A stretch of DNA of 64,000 nucleotides. Source: Selaginella moellendorffii. Its lineage: Eukaryota; Plantae; Lycopodiophyta. The stretch's first letter is position 1; every line of letters begins with the position of its first letter. Below, one piece after another: positions 1 to 11,790 of the stretch. Below the pieces are notes generated by a model that did no database searches, was not told the DNA's origin, and saw only the letters and a program-made list of their open reading frames with translations. A program made the translations under genes and the position numbers. The stretch spans positions 716,336 through 780,335 of the forward strand of contig NW_003314301.1 of the NCBI RefSeq assembly GCF_000143415.4, given 5' to 3'.

Positions 1-2537
1 AGCGTCTTGCGTGCTTGGTAACAGAGCAAGCTTAGACTTGGTTGAAAGGTACCTGGGATGTAAGTCATGTCCAACTTCGCCATGTCCTTGTCGGTCTCGC
101 ATTCCCCACTAGGCTGGAGCTTGTGTCACTGAGCCCTCTCTCACACTCGAGCCACCTCTTCATGCCGCGAAAAATTCCTCACGACTTTGTTCTTCGCACG
201 ATCATCGACTGCTCCTACTCTCTCACATGCTCCTCCGGTTCCGGACGGCATTCATTACGAGCATAGCAATGTGGTCTTGGTTTACAATTTTGCAGCAATC
301 TCGCGAGCGCATGACGAAGTAGTGCATGAAAGCCTCTTCTTGTGCTGTCAACTCTGATATCCTCGATGGTCAATTCTTGGACTTCAGGCGTCCAAGAAAT
401 CAGCCAGCTGCATATTTCTCAAGTGATCACGTCGAATCAGATCCAAAACTCTTTGTTTACCTTGCTGAATCCCCCATCCTTGTAGCGGAAGGTGGTAGCG
501 TCACTTTCTCTATAACGAGCAAGGTCGGGTTTGCGCTCGTACGCCACCAGACCCTCGCACCACTAAGTAGAAGCTTGCGTAGGGAACCAGATGGTTTTCA
601 GACTCATGAAGCTCCTCGCTTCCATCAACAAAGAAGTGGAACTTCTCAGCTCTTGGCTGCTGCCTCTTGTGCTCCTCGACAACCTACACTGCCTCTTCCA
701 TCTTCTGGATTGGCGATTGCACGAATTACAAATCACTGTATCCCAGAACCTCGTCAAACGGAATAGAGTTGCTTATCCAAGAATATGCATGCGATAAATA
801 AATTTGACGGCTGTAACTTGGGATCTCCGTGTTGTACCTATGAGCAAAAACTTAGCTTCCTCCGTTCTAGTTAACATTTGAAGAAACGAGTGAGCTTACT
901 TGTCCCTGTAGAGAAGATTGAGCTCCGCAGTGGTTCATTAATAAGAGTTCAGCCAATCTTTCCTTGATGCCATCTGGTGGAAACTGCAAGCCACTGCTCT
1001 AAAATCAACTTACTCACGCTCTTGGGACCGTAAATGAGATGGTGTACCAAAAATCGCAGACATACCTGCTCACAGTTGCTCTTATGCCTGGAGGTGGCCT
1101 TAAACTCTCCAATGTATGGTAACTTTGTGGACTTGGTTCACTGGCATAATTGTATCACTTCCTTGGCCTCCCGTAATCTCTCTTGAAACCGGGCCAAGGC
1201 TCATTAGGGCTTTAGAATTCTGGACATGTCTTCTCTGGACGCATTGCTGGAAAGAGGAGTGTGGCTTCTGGAAACGCCTTGCAGCAGGATTAACACTGTT
1301 GGGTTTGCTTTGAAAGGTTGTGAGTGCAGCTTTCAAGACTTGAGCAAGTTTGATTTCTGCAAAAATGTGACAAGCAAGACGGAGAAGGAGCCGCGCAACT
1401 TCCGTGTGATTCGAGACGACTTGCTGCACCCGACGCTCGGTGGAAACAAAATCAGAAAGCTCGACGCTGTGGTTCCGTTCCTCAAGGACGAGGAAATCAC
1501 TGATGTGGTACATACTCTTTTTTTTTTTGTTCTTTCTTTGAAGCGATTTCAATGTCTATCAGGTGACTTGTGGAGGCTGTCAAAAGTGCTCATGCTGCTG
1601 CTGTAGGTACGAAAAGAAGACTAAGAATTCTCTAGTTTTATACTTCTTCTTTTCTATCTAACGTGTTTTCTCAGCTCAGCTGTGGCGTGTGCTGAGCATG
1701 GGATGTCGGCTCATTTGCTGCTACGAGGTGAAAAACTTGAAGTCACGACTGGATATAACTTGATATCGGAGGTTTATGGAAAAAGAACCGAGTATGCAGA
1801 TCGACAAAAAATGTTCAGCTCGCATATGGAACGTGTTGCTTGTTCTGAAGAACCAGTTCTTTGGTTGAATGGCAACTCTATCACCAGAGAAACAATCACT
1901 CCTTCAGAAAATTCTAAATTGCTTGAACCCGGAAGAGGAAGAAGAAAATGGGCCGTGCTTGGAGAAGGTGGTGCGAGTGGTCTAGCACTTCTCGGTGTGT
2001 GATTTTCAACTTTGATATGTTTGTATCTCTAATATTTTTCGTGCGATCTATGATCGGGCTTTATAAGACTTGTGAGATGGCTAAGCGAAAACGAAGTCTT
2101 CGAACGAGATGACAAGATCAAAATCGTGGTCGATTCTGGCACTGGAACATCCGCCATTGACCTGGCTCTAGGAATCGCTTTGCTCGGGTATGCTCGAGTT
2201 TATATCCTTTTGGTGGTATATATCCTTTCTTCCAGCCTTCACCAGTGGGAGATTGTTGGTGTAATGCTCTCCGGTTCTCGCGACTACTACGAGAGACAAA
2301 TGAAGAACCTTGTCACTGGTTTTCTTCAGCAGTTTCGCTGCGATCAGTCGGCAGAGGCTTTGAGCTTACCTCTTGTTTGGGAGGAGAGGAAACGAGTACG
2401 CAGGTATGATTTATATATAAGCTTGCGAGCTACAGTATAATAGTATGATAGTACAGGTTTGGAAAGATTTTTGGAGAGATCGGTGCTTGCAAGAGTATAG
2501 CCTGACAAACTGGCATTTTGCTAGACCCGATTTACAC
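1..2537. repeat. Segmental duplicate of ~14573-17177 (unassigned spacer + D-cysteine desulfhydrase gene)
   Basis: Near-identical sequence; ORF 42..266 matches 14614..14838 almost residue for residue, 1226.. matches 15832.., and 2072..2440 matches 16700-17076. Confidence 0.95.
1226..2537 (+). pseudogene. D-cysteine desulfhydrase 2-like pseudogene
   Basis: Relative to the copy at 15832: +1 frameshift (gtcaaaagtgct at ~1580), deletion removing NVVYVP (~1781), a stop (gcctgacaa at ~2502) and truncation at ~2537. Confidence 0.88.
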
Positions 2538-2937
2538 GTTTTCCCCTTTTTTCCGCTTGATTTTAAGGAAACCTAACAACAGGTTTAATGATCGCGAAAA
2601 GGTCATTAGTTTTATTAAACTAAAAACTTCACCAGTAAAAAGCTGACCATTGTAAAAGACCATTTTAAGATCCAACGGCTAATATTTTTTATTAATGAGA
2701 ATAATTTATATGGAATTAAAGGTGATCTCTTTCGAAGGACTGGGCATTATGACAAGTTACACCATTGCCAGGCACACAGAGAAGCAAGGATTAGTTGTTG
2801 CAGCCGAGCTACAACAAAAATTTAAAACAATCCATTTTAATTTAAACATCTTTTCATATCGAAGCTTGTTTGTAGATGAGCTTAAGAATTTTCTACTAAG
2901 CCACCATAAGTTGATGGCTGTTGTGGACTGATTCTCA

Positions 2938-3585
2938 CTCCACAACACCTTTTGATATCGGCAGTAGATTGTGTGGTGCTACAGTTCTCTAGAATTTAAG
3001 AATGATTGATCACTTGATCTAGTGTCAATCTTTTCCTCCATAATCAGATTTTACACCTCCGACTACATATTGACAAGCCACTGGAACTCTAGGTTTGATC
3101 ACTTGTAGCCTTTGAGAAGCTCGTATGCCATCACTCCAAGCCCCTAAACATCCATTGCCTTTGTGTATGACAATCTCCTATATCTCTCGATGAAGATATT
3201 CTCAGGAGCCATGTACTTCTTTGTCCCACAGCACTGGCTCATCTTTCGTCGGTTACCACTCCAAATCCACCAATCAGTGGCTCGTCTATGCTTGCATCTT
3301 GCAGCTTGGTGAAAACGTTCTCCAGCTTGAGGTCACGATGGGCAACACCCTTCGACTGAGTGTCTCGGCCAACTTCTTCAGAATCTCGGCTACCTCCTTC
3401 TCGCTCAGTGGCCCTTTCACACACAGCTCCATGACTATCGTCCCAAAGCAACACCCGCCAACCTTCTTCTCCCTTTTCTCCCTTTTCAGCCCCTGGAGAG
3501 AGATAACTCCAGGAATGGAGCAAAGCTTGGACAAGATCCTTGTTCCCTCTTGGCGCCACTCTCACGCTTAACCATCTTTCCTGCG
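2938..3585 (-). pseudogene. Degenerate copy of the Ser/Thr kinase at 8715-9635
   Basis: Fragments HRDLKLENVFTKLQDAS and KKVGGCCFGTIVMELC lie in different frames, with deletions relative to 8775-9497. Confidence 0.9.
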
Positions 3586-3802
3586 AATGTTGTGGGCTGT
3601 GTTATCAACCGGTCATAAAAAATTAAAGTTCGCATGTTACTATCTTTCTATATCCTCAACAACATTATGCAAAGGGTATAATCAACTTCAAATCAATTTG
3701 AATCCTCAGATGTGTAACTGCAGTTACAGCTCATTGTAAAGCAAAGAAGATTCATAAATTCCATGTAATGCCCTTAGTGGGCATTTTACAACACTTGATT
3801 TT

Positions 3803-4055
3803 TTAAATTCCCTGCACGTAAGCCTGTCTTTCAGTCCTTGGGGACGTTCCATCTCCTCCGCAACTCTCCCACAGTCCCACTTCATCCAAGCGCCACTGGT
3901 TCCGGGGATTTCCATAAAAACCACCTTCATCAGTGGCAGCAAATAGTTCCTCTTTACCTCTCGAGAGATACTCAATCCTCGAATCCACCACCTTTCTCAT
4001 CGCACATTCCCTCCATAACCCATAAGACCCTCGTCCTTGTCTAGCATCCTCTTCA
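3803..4055 (-). pseudogene. Possible unrelated kinase N-terminal fragment
   Basis: GRGSYGLWREC resembles a kinase glycine-rich loop; no other kinase motifs follow. Confidence 0.25.
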
Positions 4056-4057
4056 CA

Positions 4058-5190
4058 CACCACTGGTCTGTTCTTCCTCTACGTTTTGCTGTCTCAGAAT
4101 TACTTCCCGGACAAGGTCGCGGAGGATCTCATCGTTCCAGAGCAAGGCGATGCTCGCAGCGGCTAGAGTTCCAGTTCTATCGCCGCAAATCCACAGACCC
4201 ATCGGCGGAAAGCTACTCGCCATCTCCAGCTCTCATCCACCGCAACGTTACGAGCAAATCCACGCCCGGTGCTCTCGATTGATCCAAGATGACCCCAACG
4301 GCGGCGAAACAGCCAAGTTACCTGCGATTGGAAGAGTTTTTGCTGCTCCTTGCAGAAGAATTTTCGATCGTCCGAGTTCCTGGCTCCCCGGAGAGCCGAT
4401 TATTCACAGTCAACGATTCATCGCGCCCGGATCTTCTAAGCACTGTCACGATTTCGCGAACTCGATCAAGTTATCTGTCCGTGGACTACACCTCTTTGGG
4501 AATGGCTCGCAAAACAATCGATCCATGTTCTTTGCGGACGAATCTCTCGCGATGAGAAAAACTCTGTTCATGAGCAGAGCATAGAGAAAAGTGGAAGCAA
4601 TCGCCAGCATCTTGTTCCCCAGGCTCGCGATCCAAATGGCGCTATCCACACCGCGAATTGGGAGTCGCCGTGATCGGTCAAACGTCTACTTCGTTCCGGG
4701 ATTGTTCTTGGTGGGCAGCAGCAGATCGCGGCGGTGGACGAGCGCCACTTTGACTGAGATCTACCTCAACTCCTCCACCGCCGATGGATCGATCGTGAGA
4801 GAGGAGCAGCCCAGCCACGAGGGGCAGCAGCACACCGGATTTCTCGATCACGACGAGAAGGCTCTCGCGGAGATTTATTTTCTGGGTTGCTCCTGGCACC
4901 ACTTTCGGCTACATTGGCCATGGAATGGAGGCATAACCATGTCAAAGAAAGATAGCTTCCTATATCAAACAATTCATACCAAAACTCTCTACATGTCCTA
5001 AAAAGAATGGATTAAGATTCAAGTTGGTTTGAGTTAAACACCAGGCGCTATAGCTTGACATCTCCATAATCGCAGTTAGACTCCCCAAACGAAAAGAAGC
5101 AAGGATCCATAGTTCTTGCCTTGGAGCAAACATCCCCACCTGATCCAGGCCCAGCGCACATAAGCCAGGGCCTCAACCCGGTTAATCCCT
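4058..5190 (+). pseudogene. Rearranged fucosyltransferase (GT37) pseudogene
   Basis: Pieces match 10311-11930 in both orientations, e.g. QPSHEGQQHTGFLDHDEKALAEIY forward and LGNKMLAIASTFLYALL on the minus strand. Confidence 0.93.
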
Positions 5191-5397
5191 GAGCTTGGAT
5201 GTTACAAAAAAGAATCCACGATTAAGATGTGCGAGGATAAATTTATAGCAAGAAATGGCATAGCTTCTGTAATTATCATTCACATGATAGACGTTTTTCA
5301 ATTTATAAGATTTGCATGATGGGTGATTCTCCTCTTTTTGTTTCCATGGCCGTGCAAGTTGTAGTTCCAGTGGGATCAAACTCCTGGTGAAGTTTTC

Positions 5398-5775
5398 GTG
5401 TATGAATGTCTTCTTTGGACTCGGCAGTGCCAAGCCTGCAAGAATGATCGCGTTGATAACTTCTTCCAGGAGCCTGTCTCAAGCCAAGCTGATCCAAAGT
5501 TGGGTTTCTTCCAGCAGCCACCAAGGGACTTTTCTGTCGAATCTTCACATGAAATGTATGGGAGATGTGAACGTGTGGCTGTCTCTCGCTCGGTCTTCGA
5601 TGCTGTAGAACTCACTTGGAATTTGATGCTGTCAGCATATGCCAAGAACGGGCATTTGCAGAGGGCTAAAGAGGTTTACGACTCCATGCCTGGGAAGGAC
5701 TTAGTTTCATGCAATGGAATGCTTGCTGCGTACTCTCAGGCCGGGAAACTGGGTGATGCTGTCGAGTTTTTTCGA
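5398..5775 (+). pseudogene. 5' fragment of the PPR gene at 12187
   Basis: WNLMLSAYAKNGHL..DLVSCNGMLAAYSQAGKLGDAVEFFR matches the 12187 ORF; frameshifted and truncated. Confidence 0.92.
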
Positions 5776-7136
5776 GTGAAGAGTCTTAGCTAACCGAAGC
5801 AGGGACAACACTGTGTATATTGTTGGAGGCAAGCTGCCAGTGGTCGTCTCTGCGATGTGCTGGTTGAGTTTAGGCTTGGCTGCCTGTTTCGCTGATGCCC
5901 AATTCTGGAATATGTGTAAGGTTCTGGTTTCCTTGCTCAAACCATGGATGGTGATTACAACCTGAAAGAAGAGTGGCACTTCGCTTGGATGGCACACGTA
6001 TGTTTTTGTGCAAGGTCGTCAAGGACTCAGCATCCTAAGGTGGCAACACGCATGTCAATGAGGGTTCTTCTGCCTTCAAGCCCGATTCCTTTAATTCGAG
6101 GTTATAAACAGAAATTCTTTTAATTAATTAAGGACTAATTTAGAGTCTTAGAACAATATAAGTTTAAATCCTTTTAACGAGAAAAGCTCAGACAAATGGA
6201 TGTTCGGGCAAAGTGGCGGCAAGCTGTGAAGCAAGCCATCAAGGTCTAAGTTCTTCTCTAGTGAGTTGTTATATAAGATCAATGGGTAAAGGTCTGGATA
6301 CTCTCAAACGGCTACTGGCTTGAAGCTTTGACTAGCTTTCAGAGTTTCTGGTTCTTAATCCCTATTGCCACAGGTTGATGAAATACGCCCCTCTGCACAT
6401 ACTTTGAATAAATGTGGCTGGTTGGACAAGTCTTTTTTCAGATCGTTCTTAGGTTAAAGTTGAAGAAGTCATATTATAAGTGACAGAAAAGTTGAATCTA
6501 GATCCAGTAAGTTTCATCCAAATATGCACGTAAAATTGGCCTCTTCATGACAAACAGGAAGAAAGGGGTAGATTTTGAGGTGAAGGGAAACTGGTCTATA
6601 AGGCAACTGGCATTCCTGTCCATGAAACTTATTCTCCTACATTCTTGTTTGTAATGGATCCAAATGGGATATATGCTGCATCCCTATTATTCTATACAAA
6701 TTCGTCTCTTCCTTCCAGAAAAAAGATGGTTACCAGCAAGACTCCTCTGCATACATTCAACATTCCTGCTGCTCTTATGGCTCCAGCTGCTACAAAACTT
6801 GAATGATAAAGGCAAGAGATTTTTTATTTTCAAATGATTGTGACCAAAGGTATATATATTGTTTCAGATATTGAATTGAAAAAGCATATTCTAGCATATA
6901 TTCTTAATCCAATGACTAAGCTCCTTAACCCTACTTGGATTTAGCTCATGAAACTAAGCAGTGTATTCTATGAAACTATATTAGACTTTTGGTCGTTGAA
7001 ATAAGGAATATCCATGCCTACTTTAGGAGCTCACTTTTTCCTTTTTCTTTTTCTTTTATATATATAGTTATAATATTTTTATAAAAATATTTTTTAACAA
7101 AAGACATAAATTTCTCATATATTAGAGTATAAACCT

Positions 7137-8030
7137 ATGAAAATATTATTGTTTTTATTTTTAAATTTTCTATTTTTAATTAAAAATATAGTTTATGGAA
7201 GAGCAACTGTAGAATGGGGTAATAATAACACACTTACTGAAAATGAAATTAACCTTATAATTAATAATGGATTTTTAGATCTTTTAACTCACATTAAAAA
7301 TTATCATTCATATTCAAGAAATTTTAAGAATTTAACTGTTTTAAATATTGGTAGGGGTGTATTTGCTGTAAGAATTGAGCGCGTGGATGGAGAGCCACCA
7401 TATTGTTCAACTGGTCAAACTGAAAATACAATTATTGGCATGAGAATCAAAGAAGCTGTTAGGTACTTAATCAATACATATAGTACTACAATGATTGCAG
7501 CAAAATCTGATGTATGCAAAATTATATCTCAAAATTATATAATTCAATATTCAGTAGTATTTTGGTGGAGACTAACCTTAAGTAAAGTTAATAGTTTGTT
7601 TACATCTTATCTTTCATATGATAATTGTGATACTACATTAACTACTTTAAATGCTGGTTTTTCAGACCATGTGTTATATACAGGCCAATTTTTGGTATCC
7701 CCAAATCGCAAAAATGTGTTATTAATAGAAATAAATTGTAAAGTTTCACTTTATTCAGGAAAAATTTTACTATGGAGATCTGATATCACATTTGATTTTA
7801 TTGGTCAATGTAAGCTTGATCTTCAAAAAGATGGGAATTTGGTATTATATACTGATAAGAAAATAAAAATGTGGTCAATTGATCATTATTGTTATAATCA
7901 ACCAGATTGTATATTTCTTACTTATCTTAGTTTATTAAATAATTGCAACTTAGTAATTTATGAGGCTAATAGTCCAAATGCTATTTGGTGGGAAACAAAA
8001 ACTACTAATCATTTTGGTTGTTTAAAATAA
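7137..8030 (+). CDS. Secreted protein with an uncharacterised N-terminal domain and a C-terminal bulb-type (GNA/B) lectin domain
   Basis: Intronless 297 aa ORF; hydrophobic signal peptide; lectin motifs LQKDGNLVLY, LLNNCNLVIY, LWRS, WWETKT. Confidence 0.75.
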   Translation: MKILLFLFLNFLFLIKNIVYGRATVEWGNNNTLTENEINLIINNGFLDLLTHIKNYHSYSRNFKNLTVLNIGRGVFAVRIERVDGEPPYCSTGQTENTIIGMRIKEAVRYLINTYSTTMIAAKSDVCKIISQNYIIQYSVVFWWRLTLSKVNSLFTSYLSYDNCDTTLTTLNAGFSDHVLYTGQFLVSPNRKNVLLIEINCKVSLYSGKILLWRSDITFDFIGQCKLDLQKDGNLVLYTDKKIKMWSIDHYCYNQPDCIFLTYLSLLNNCNLVIYEANSPNAIWWETKTTNHFGCLK

Positions 8031-8714
8031 TACTTATTATGTTGTAATTTATATTAGTCATGTAAAACCTTATTAAGTGCAATTCAATTTAGTATCTAAA
8101 TGAAAATTAGAGGGACCAAGAGTGAATTAAATTGCATGCAAGATCTTTTCTCTCTTGTTGTGCTCTGAGTGGAATATCATATTCAGATCTAATGCTTCCA
8201 TCATTCCTTGCCATGTAGAACCATCCAACTTAAAATTTAATACTTCCATCATTTTTTACGAAATCTCTATTAGAGTGAGTGAAAGGCATCAAAACCATGA
8301 TTGGAACTTTTATTAAATGTTTTTGGAATTCTTTGTATAAGCTATTGTTGAATAGCTTTATTTAATATAATTTCATTTTATTGAGCATGAAAAGCATAAT
8401 AAAATTCTAGCTATAATACGGTTAACCAAGGACAATATGGTAGGGACAAGAAAAAGAAAAAGAAAAGTGTAAAATATATGGTTATTATCTTGGTATGATC
8501 TTCATGTCTCAAGATTTTTAATACGTGGAGTCCAAGTGACAAAAGCTAGTTCGTTGATACTACAAGCTTTAGCCAGTTTGCCTATGAAATTAGCTATATC
8601 ACATCAACCTTAGAATGAGCTTCATACCCGAAGAGCTGTCTACTCACACAAGGTAACGGTGCTTCATCTATATTTGTCTTCTCCCTTAGATGAGCTTTGG
8701 TGTAGAAGTTTTGA

Positions 8715-9635
8715 CTAAGCCACCCTAAGTTTCTTCATAGCTGGATGGCTAGAGCGTGGAGTGCTTCTTTTCCCTCCACAACAACTTGTGATATTGGTAG
8801 TAGCCCGTGTGGTGCTACAGTTCTCTAGAATCCAAGGATGATTGATCACTTGATCTAGTGTCAATCGCTTCCTGGGATCCAAATCCAGCATGCCCATAAT
8901 CAGATTTTTCGCCTCTGGCGACAGATTGGCAGGCCACTGGAACTCCCCCTCGCGCAGCAAATGCATCTCCAGGTTCGATCGGTTGTAGCCCTTGAGGAGT
9001 TCGTATGCGATCACTCCAAGCCCCCAAACATCCACCGCCTTGGTGTAAGACAGCCCATATCTCTCGACAAAGATAAGCTCGGGAGCCATGTACTTCTCAG
9101 TCCCGCAGCTCTGGCTCATCTCTCTGGCATCGTCCGTCGCCACTCCAAAATCCCCAATCACTGGCGTGATCGTGCTTGCATCTTGCAGCTTGGTGAAAAC
9201 GTTCTCCAGCTTGAGATCGCGATGGACAATACCACTCGAGTGGACGCCCTTGAGTGTCTCAGCCAGCTCCTTAACGATCTCGGCTACCTCCTCCTCCCGC
9301 AGTGGCCCTTTCATCGCTAGATCGCGCAGGCTAGGGCCACAAAGTTCCATGACCATCGTCCCAAAGCAACGCCCGCCAACCTTCCTCTCCCTCCTCAGCC
9401 CATGGAGGAAGACAACTCCAGGAATGGGGCGAAGCTTGTCCAAGATCCTTGTCTCCCTCTCGGCACAACTCTCCGACTTAAACATCTTTCCTGCGTACCT
9501 ATGGCGGTTGCGGGCTGCGTCGCTCAGCAAGTAGACTTGGCCCTGTCCTCCATGCCCCAACTTCTCGTGTCTGATGTACCACTTGAGAAGCTCGCCACAC
9601 TCGTCATCTCTAAACTCGCCATCCTCGAGCGCCAT
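8715..9635 (-). CDS. Intronless Ser/Thr protein kinase (CAMK-like)
   Basis: GHGGQGQV, YAGK, HRDLKLEN, DFG, CGTEKYMAPE, DVWGLG and HPW all intact; basic C-terminus KKLRVA. Confidence 0.93.
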   Translation of the reverse strand: MALEDGEFRDDECGELLKWYIRHEKLGHGGQGQVYLLSDAARNRHRYAGKMFKSESCAERETRILDKLRPIPGVVFLHGLRRERKVGGRCFGTMVMELCGPSLRDLAMKGPLREEEVAEIVKELAETLKGVHSSGIVHRDLKLENVFTKLQDASTITPVIGDFGVATDDAREMSQSCGTEKYMAPELIFVERYGLSYTKAVDVWGLGVIAYELLKGYNRSNLEMHLLREGEFQWPANLSPEAKNLIMGMLDLDPRKRLTLDQVINHPWILENCSTTRATTNITSCCGGKRSTPRSSHPAMKKLRVA

Positions 9636-9746
9636 CACGTCTTCCCCTTTTTCTCACTTGGTTTTAAGAAAACCTAGCTTCCCACATTACTTTTATTAAA
9701 CTAAAAACTTCACCAGTTCTCTTCCCTTAGGCAAACCAAAAAATAT

Positions 9747-9859
9747 TAACCGTTAGATCTTAAAATGGTCTTTTACAATGGTCAGCTTTTTATTGAGATG
9801 GTAGTGAATATACCTAAAATATGCTTGAATATTTTAAAATATTCTACCATCTAACGGTT
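9747..9859. promoter_or_regulatory. Pair of MSA-like (MYB3R) elements upstream of the kinase
   Basis: TCTAACGGTTA on the minus strand (9747-9757) and TCTAACGGTT on the plus strand (9850-9859) match YCYAACGGYY. Confidence 0.5.
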
Positions 9860-10254
9860 CTTATTCATTTAGATTAATTTTGTATTTATAATTTTTAAAC
9901 ATATTTATAATTTATAAACTTTCTTAAACACTTTCTAGTATATTCTATTTTATTTAACCTTAGTATGTAATAAGATTAATCTTGTGTTAATAAAATTATA
10001 ACCTTTAGTTGATCAATTAGATTAATAATTAAAAATAACACTACTATTAAGTAAACTAACGCGTAACAAATTATTATTAATTAAAATAATTTATATGGAA
10101 TTAAAGGTGATCTCTATTTTATAATTACCCTCCAGGGTTGACCAGCGCGTTGTTTGATGCAGTCGGGGTTTTACGTGTACATGCAAACCAGCCAAGCACG
10201 GAAGCTTCACAAGCAGAGTTATGACTATGCGCACGATCATTCCCTTCGCGAAGA

Positions 10255-11790
10255 ATGGAGAGAGTCGCGAAAATGGCGTCTTACTCCAACCCAAAATCCA
10301 TCTCTCTGATCACCACTGGTCTCTTCTTCCTCTACGTTTTGCTGTCTCAGAATCACTTTCCGGACACGATCGTGGAAGATCTCATCGTTCCAGAGCAAGG
10401 CGATGCTCGCCAGTGCCGGAGCCGCGTAGAGTTCCAGTCCTATCGCCGCAAATCGACAGACCCATCGGCGGAAAGCTACTCGCCATCGCCAGCTCTCATC
10501 CACCGCCTGCGACGCTACGAGCAAATCCACGCCCGGTGCTCTCGATTGATCCGAGATGATCCAAACGGCGATCACGGCGACTGCCAATTCGTGGTGTGGA
10601 TCGCGCCATTTGGATCACAGGGCCTGGGGAACAAGATGCTGGCGATTGCTTCCACTTTTCTCTATGCTCTGCTCACGAACAGAGTTTTACTCGTCGCGAG
10701 AGATTCGTCCGCAGAGAACATGGATCGATTGTTCTGCGAGCCATTCCCAAAGAGTTCCTGGCTCCTTCCCAGACCTCTGGAGATCCGATTATCCACAGTC
10801 AACGATTCATCGCGGATCGGCCATGCCCCGGATCTAAAAATCACTCCTCAGCACTGTCACGATTTCGCGAGCTCGATCAAGTTTCCAGATGTGGCCTACT
10901 CGTATCTGTCCGTGGACTACACCCCGGACGATCGAAAATTCTTCTGCAAGGAGCAGCAAAAACTCTTGCAATCGCAGGTAACGTGGCTGTTTCTCCGGTC
11001 AAACGTCTACTTTGCTCCGGGATTGTTCTTGGTGGAATCCTTCCGGAGTGATCTCGCGAAGCTCTTCCCCCAGCAGCAGGCGATCTTCCATCACTTGAGC
11101 CGCTATCTCTTCCATCCCATCGATCCGGTGTGGGATCGCACAGCGCGGTTCTACGACTCATATCTCGCGCGCGCCGATCGCGTAGTCGGCATCCAAATGA
11201 GAGTTCCTCCACACTTGCAAGGAGTTCGTCAAAACCTGGCGGCGGAGGTGTTCCAATGCGCCGTGGAGACAAAGATCCTTCCCAATATCAGCAAGAACAA
11301 CGTCGAGAGGATCAAGCTCCGCTCCTCGATCAGCTCGCAGCAGCAGCAGATCGCGGCGGTGGTGACTTCGCTGGATGAGCACCACTTTGACGTGCTGCGA
11401 GAGATCTACCTCAACTCCTCCACCGCCGATGGATCGATCGTGAGAGTGGAGCAGCCCAGCCACGAGGGGCAGCAGCACACCGGATTTCTCGATCACGATG
11501 AGAAGGCTCTCGCGGAGATTTACTTGCTGGGGCTCAGCGATGTGCTGATCACGAGTCCTGGCTCCACTTTCGGCTACATTGGCCAGGGATTAGCCGGGTT
11601 GAGGCCTTGGCTTATGTGGGCTGGGCCTGGCTCAGGCAGGGACATTTGCTCCAAGGCAAGAACTATGGATCCTTGCTTCTTTTCGTTTGGGGAGTCTAAC
11701 TGCGATTGTGGAGAGGCTGTCAAGCTTGACAATGTGGAGCGGTGTCAAGATTGGCCTATAGCGCCTGGTGTTCAACTCAAAACAACTTGA
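10255..11790 (+). CDS. Xyloglucan galactoside 2-alpha-L-fucosyltransferase-like (GT37)
   Basis: N-terminal TM segment; GLGNKMLAIASTFLYALLTNRVLLV, LFCEPFP, HHLSRYLFHP, VGIQMR, QPSHEGQQ, STFGYIGQGLAGL. Confidence 0.95.
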   Translation: MERVAKMASYSNPKSISLITTGLFFLYVLLSQNHFPDTIVEDLIVPEQGDARQCRSRVEFQSYRRKSTDPSAESYSPSPALIHRLRRYEQIHARCSRLIRDDPNGDHGDCQFVVWIAPFGSQGLGNKMLAIASTFLYALLTNRVLLVARDSSAENMDRLFCEPFPKSSWLLPRPLEIRLSTVNDSSRIGHAPDLKITPQHCHDFASSIKFPDVAYSYLSVDYTPDDRKFFCKEQQKLLQSQVTWLFLRSNVYFAPGLFLVESFRSDLAKLFPQQQAIFHHLSRYLFHPIDPVWDRTARFYDSYLARADRVVGIQMRVPPHLQGVRQNLAAEVFQCAVETKILPNISKNNVERIKLRSSISSQQQQIAAVVTSLDEHHFDVLREIYLNSSTADGSIVRVEQPSHEGQQHTGFLDHDEKALAEIYLLGLSDVLITSPGSTFGYIGQGLAGLRPWLMWAGPGSGRDICSKARTMDPCFFSFGESNCDCGEAVKLDNVERCQDWPIAPGVQLKTT

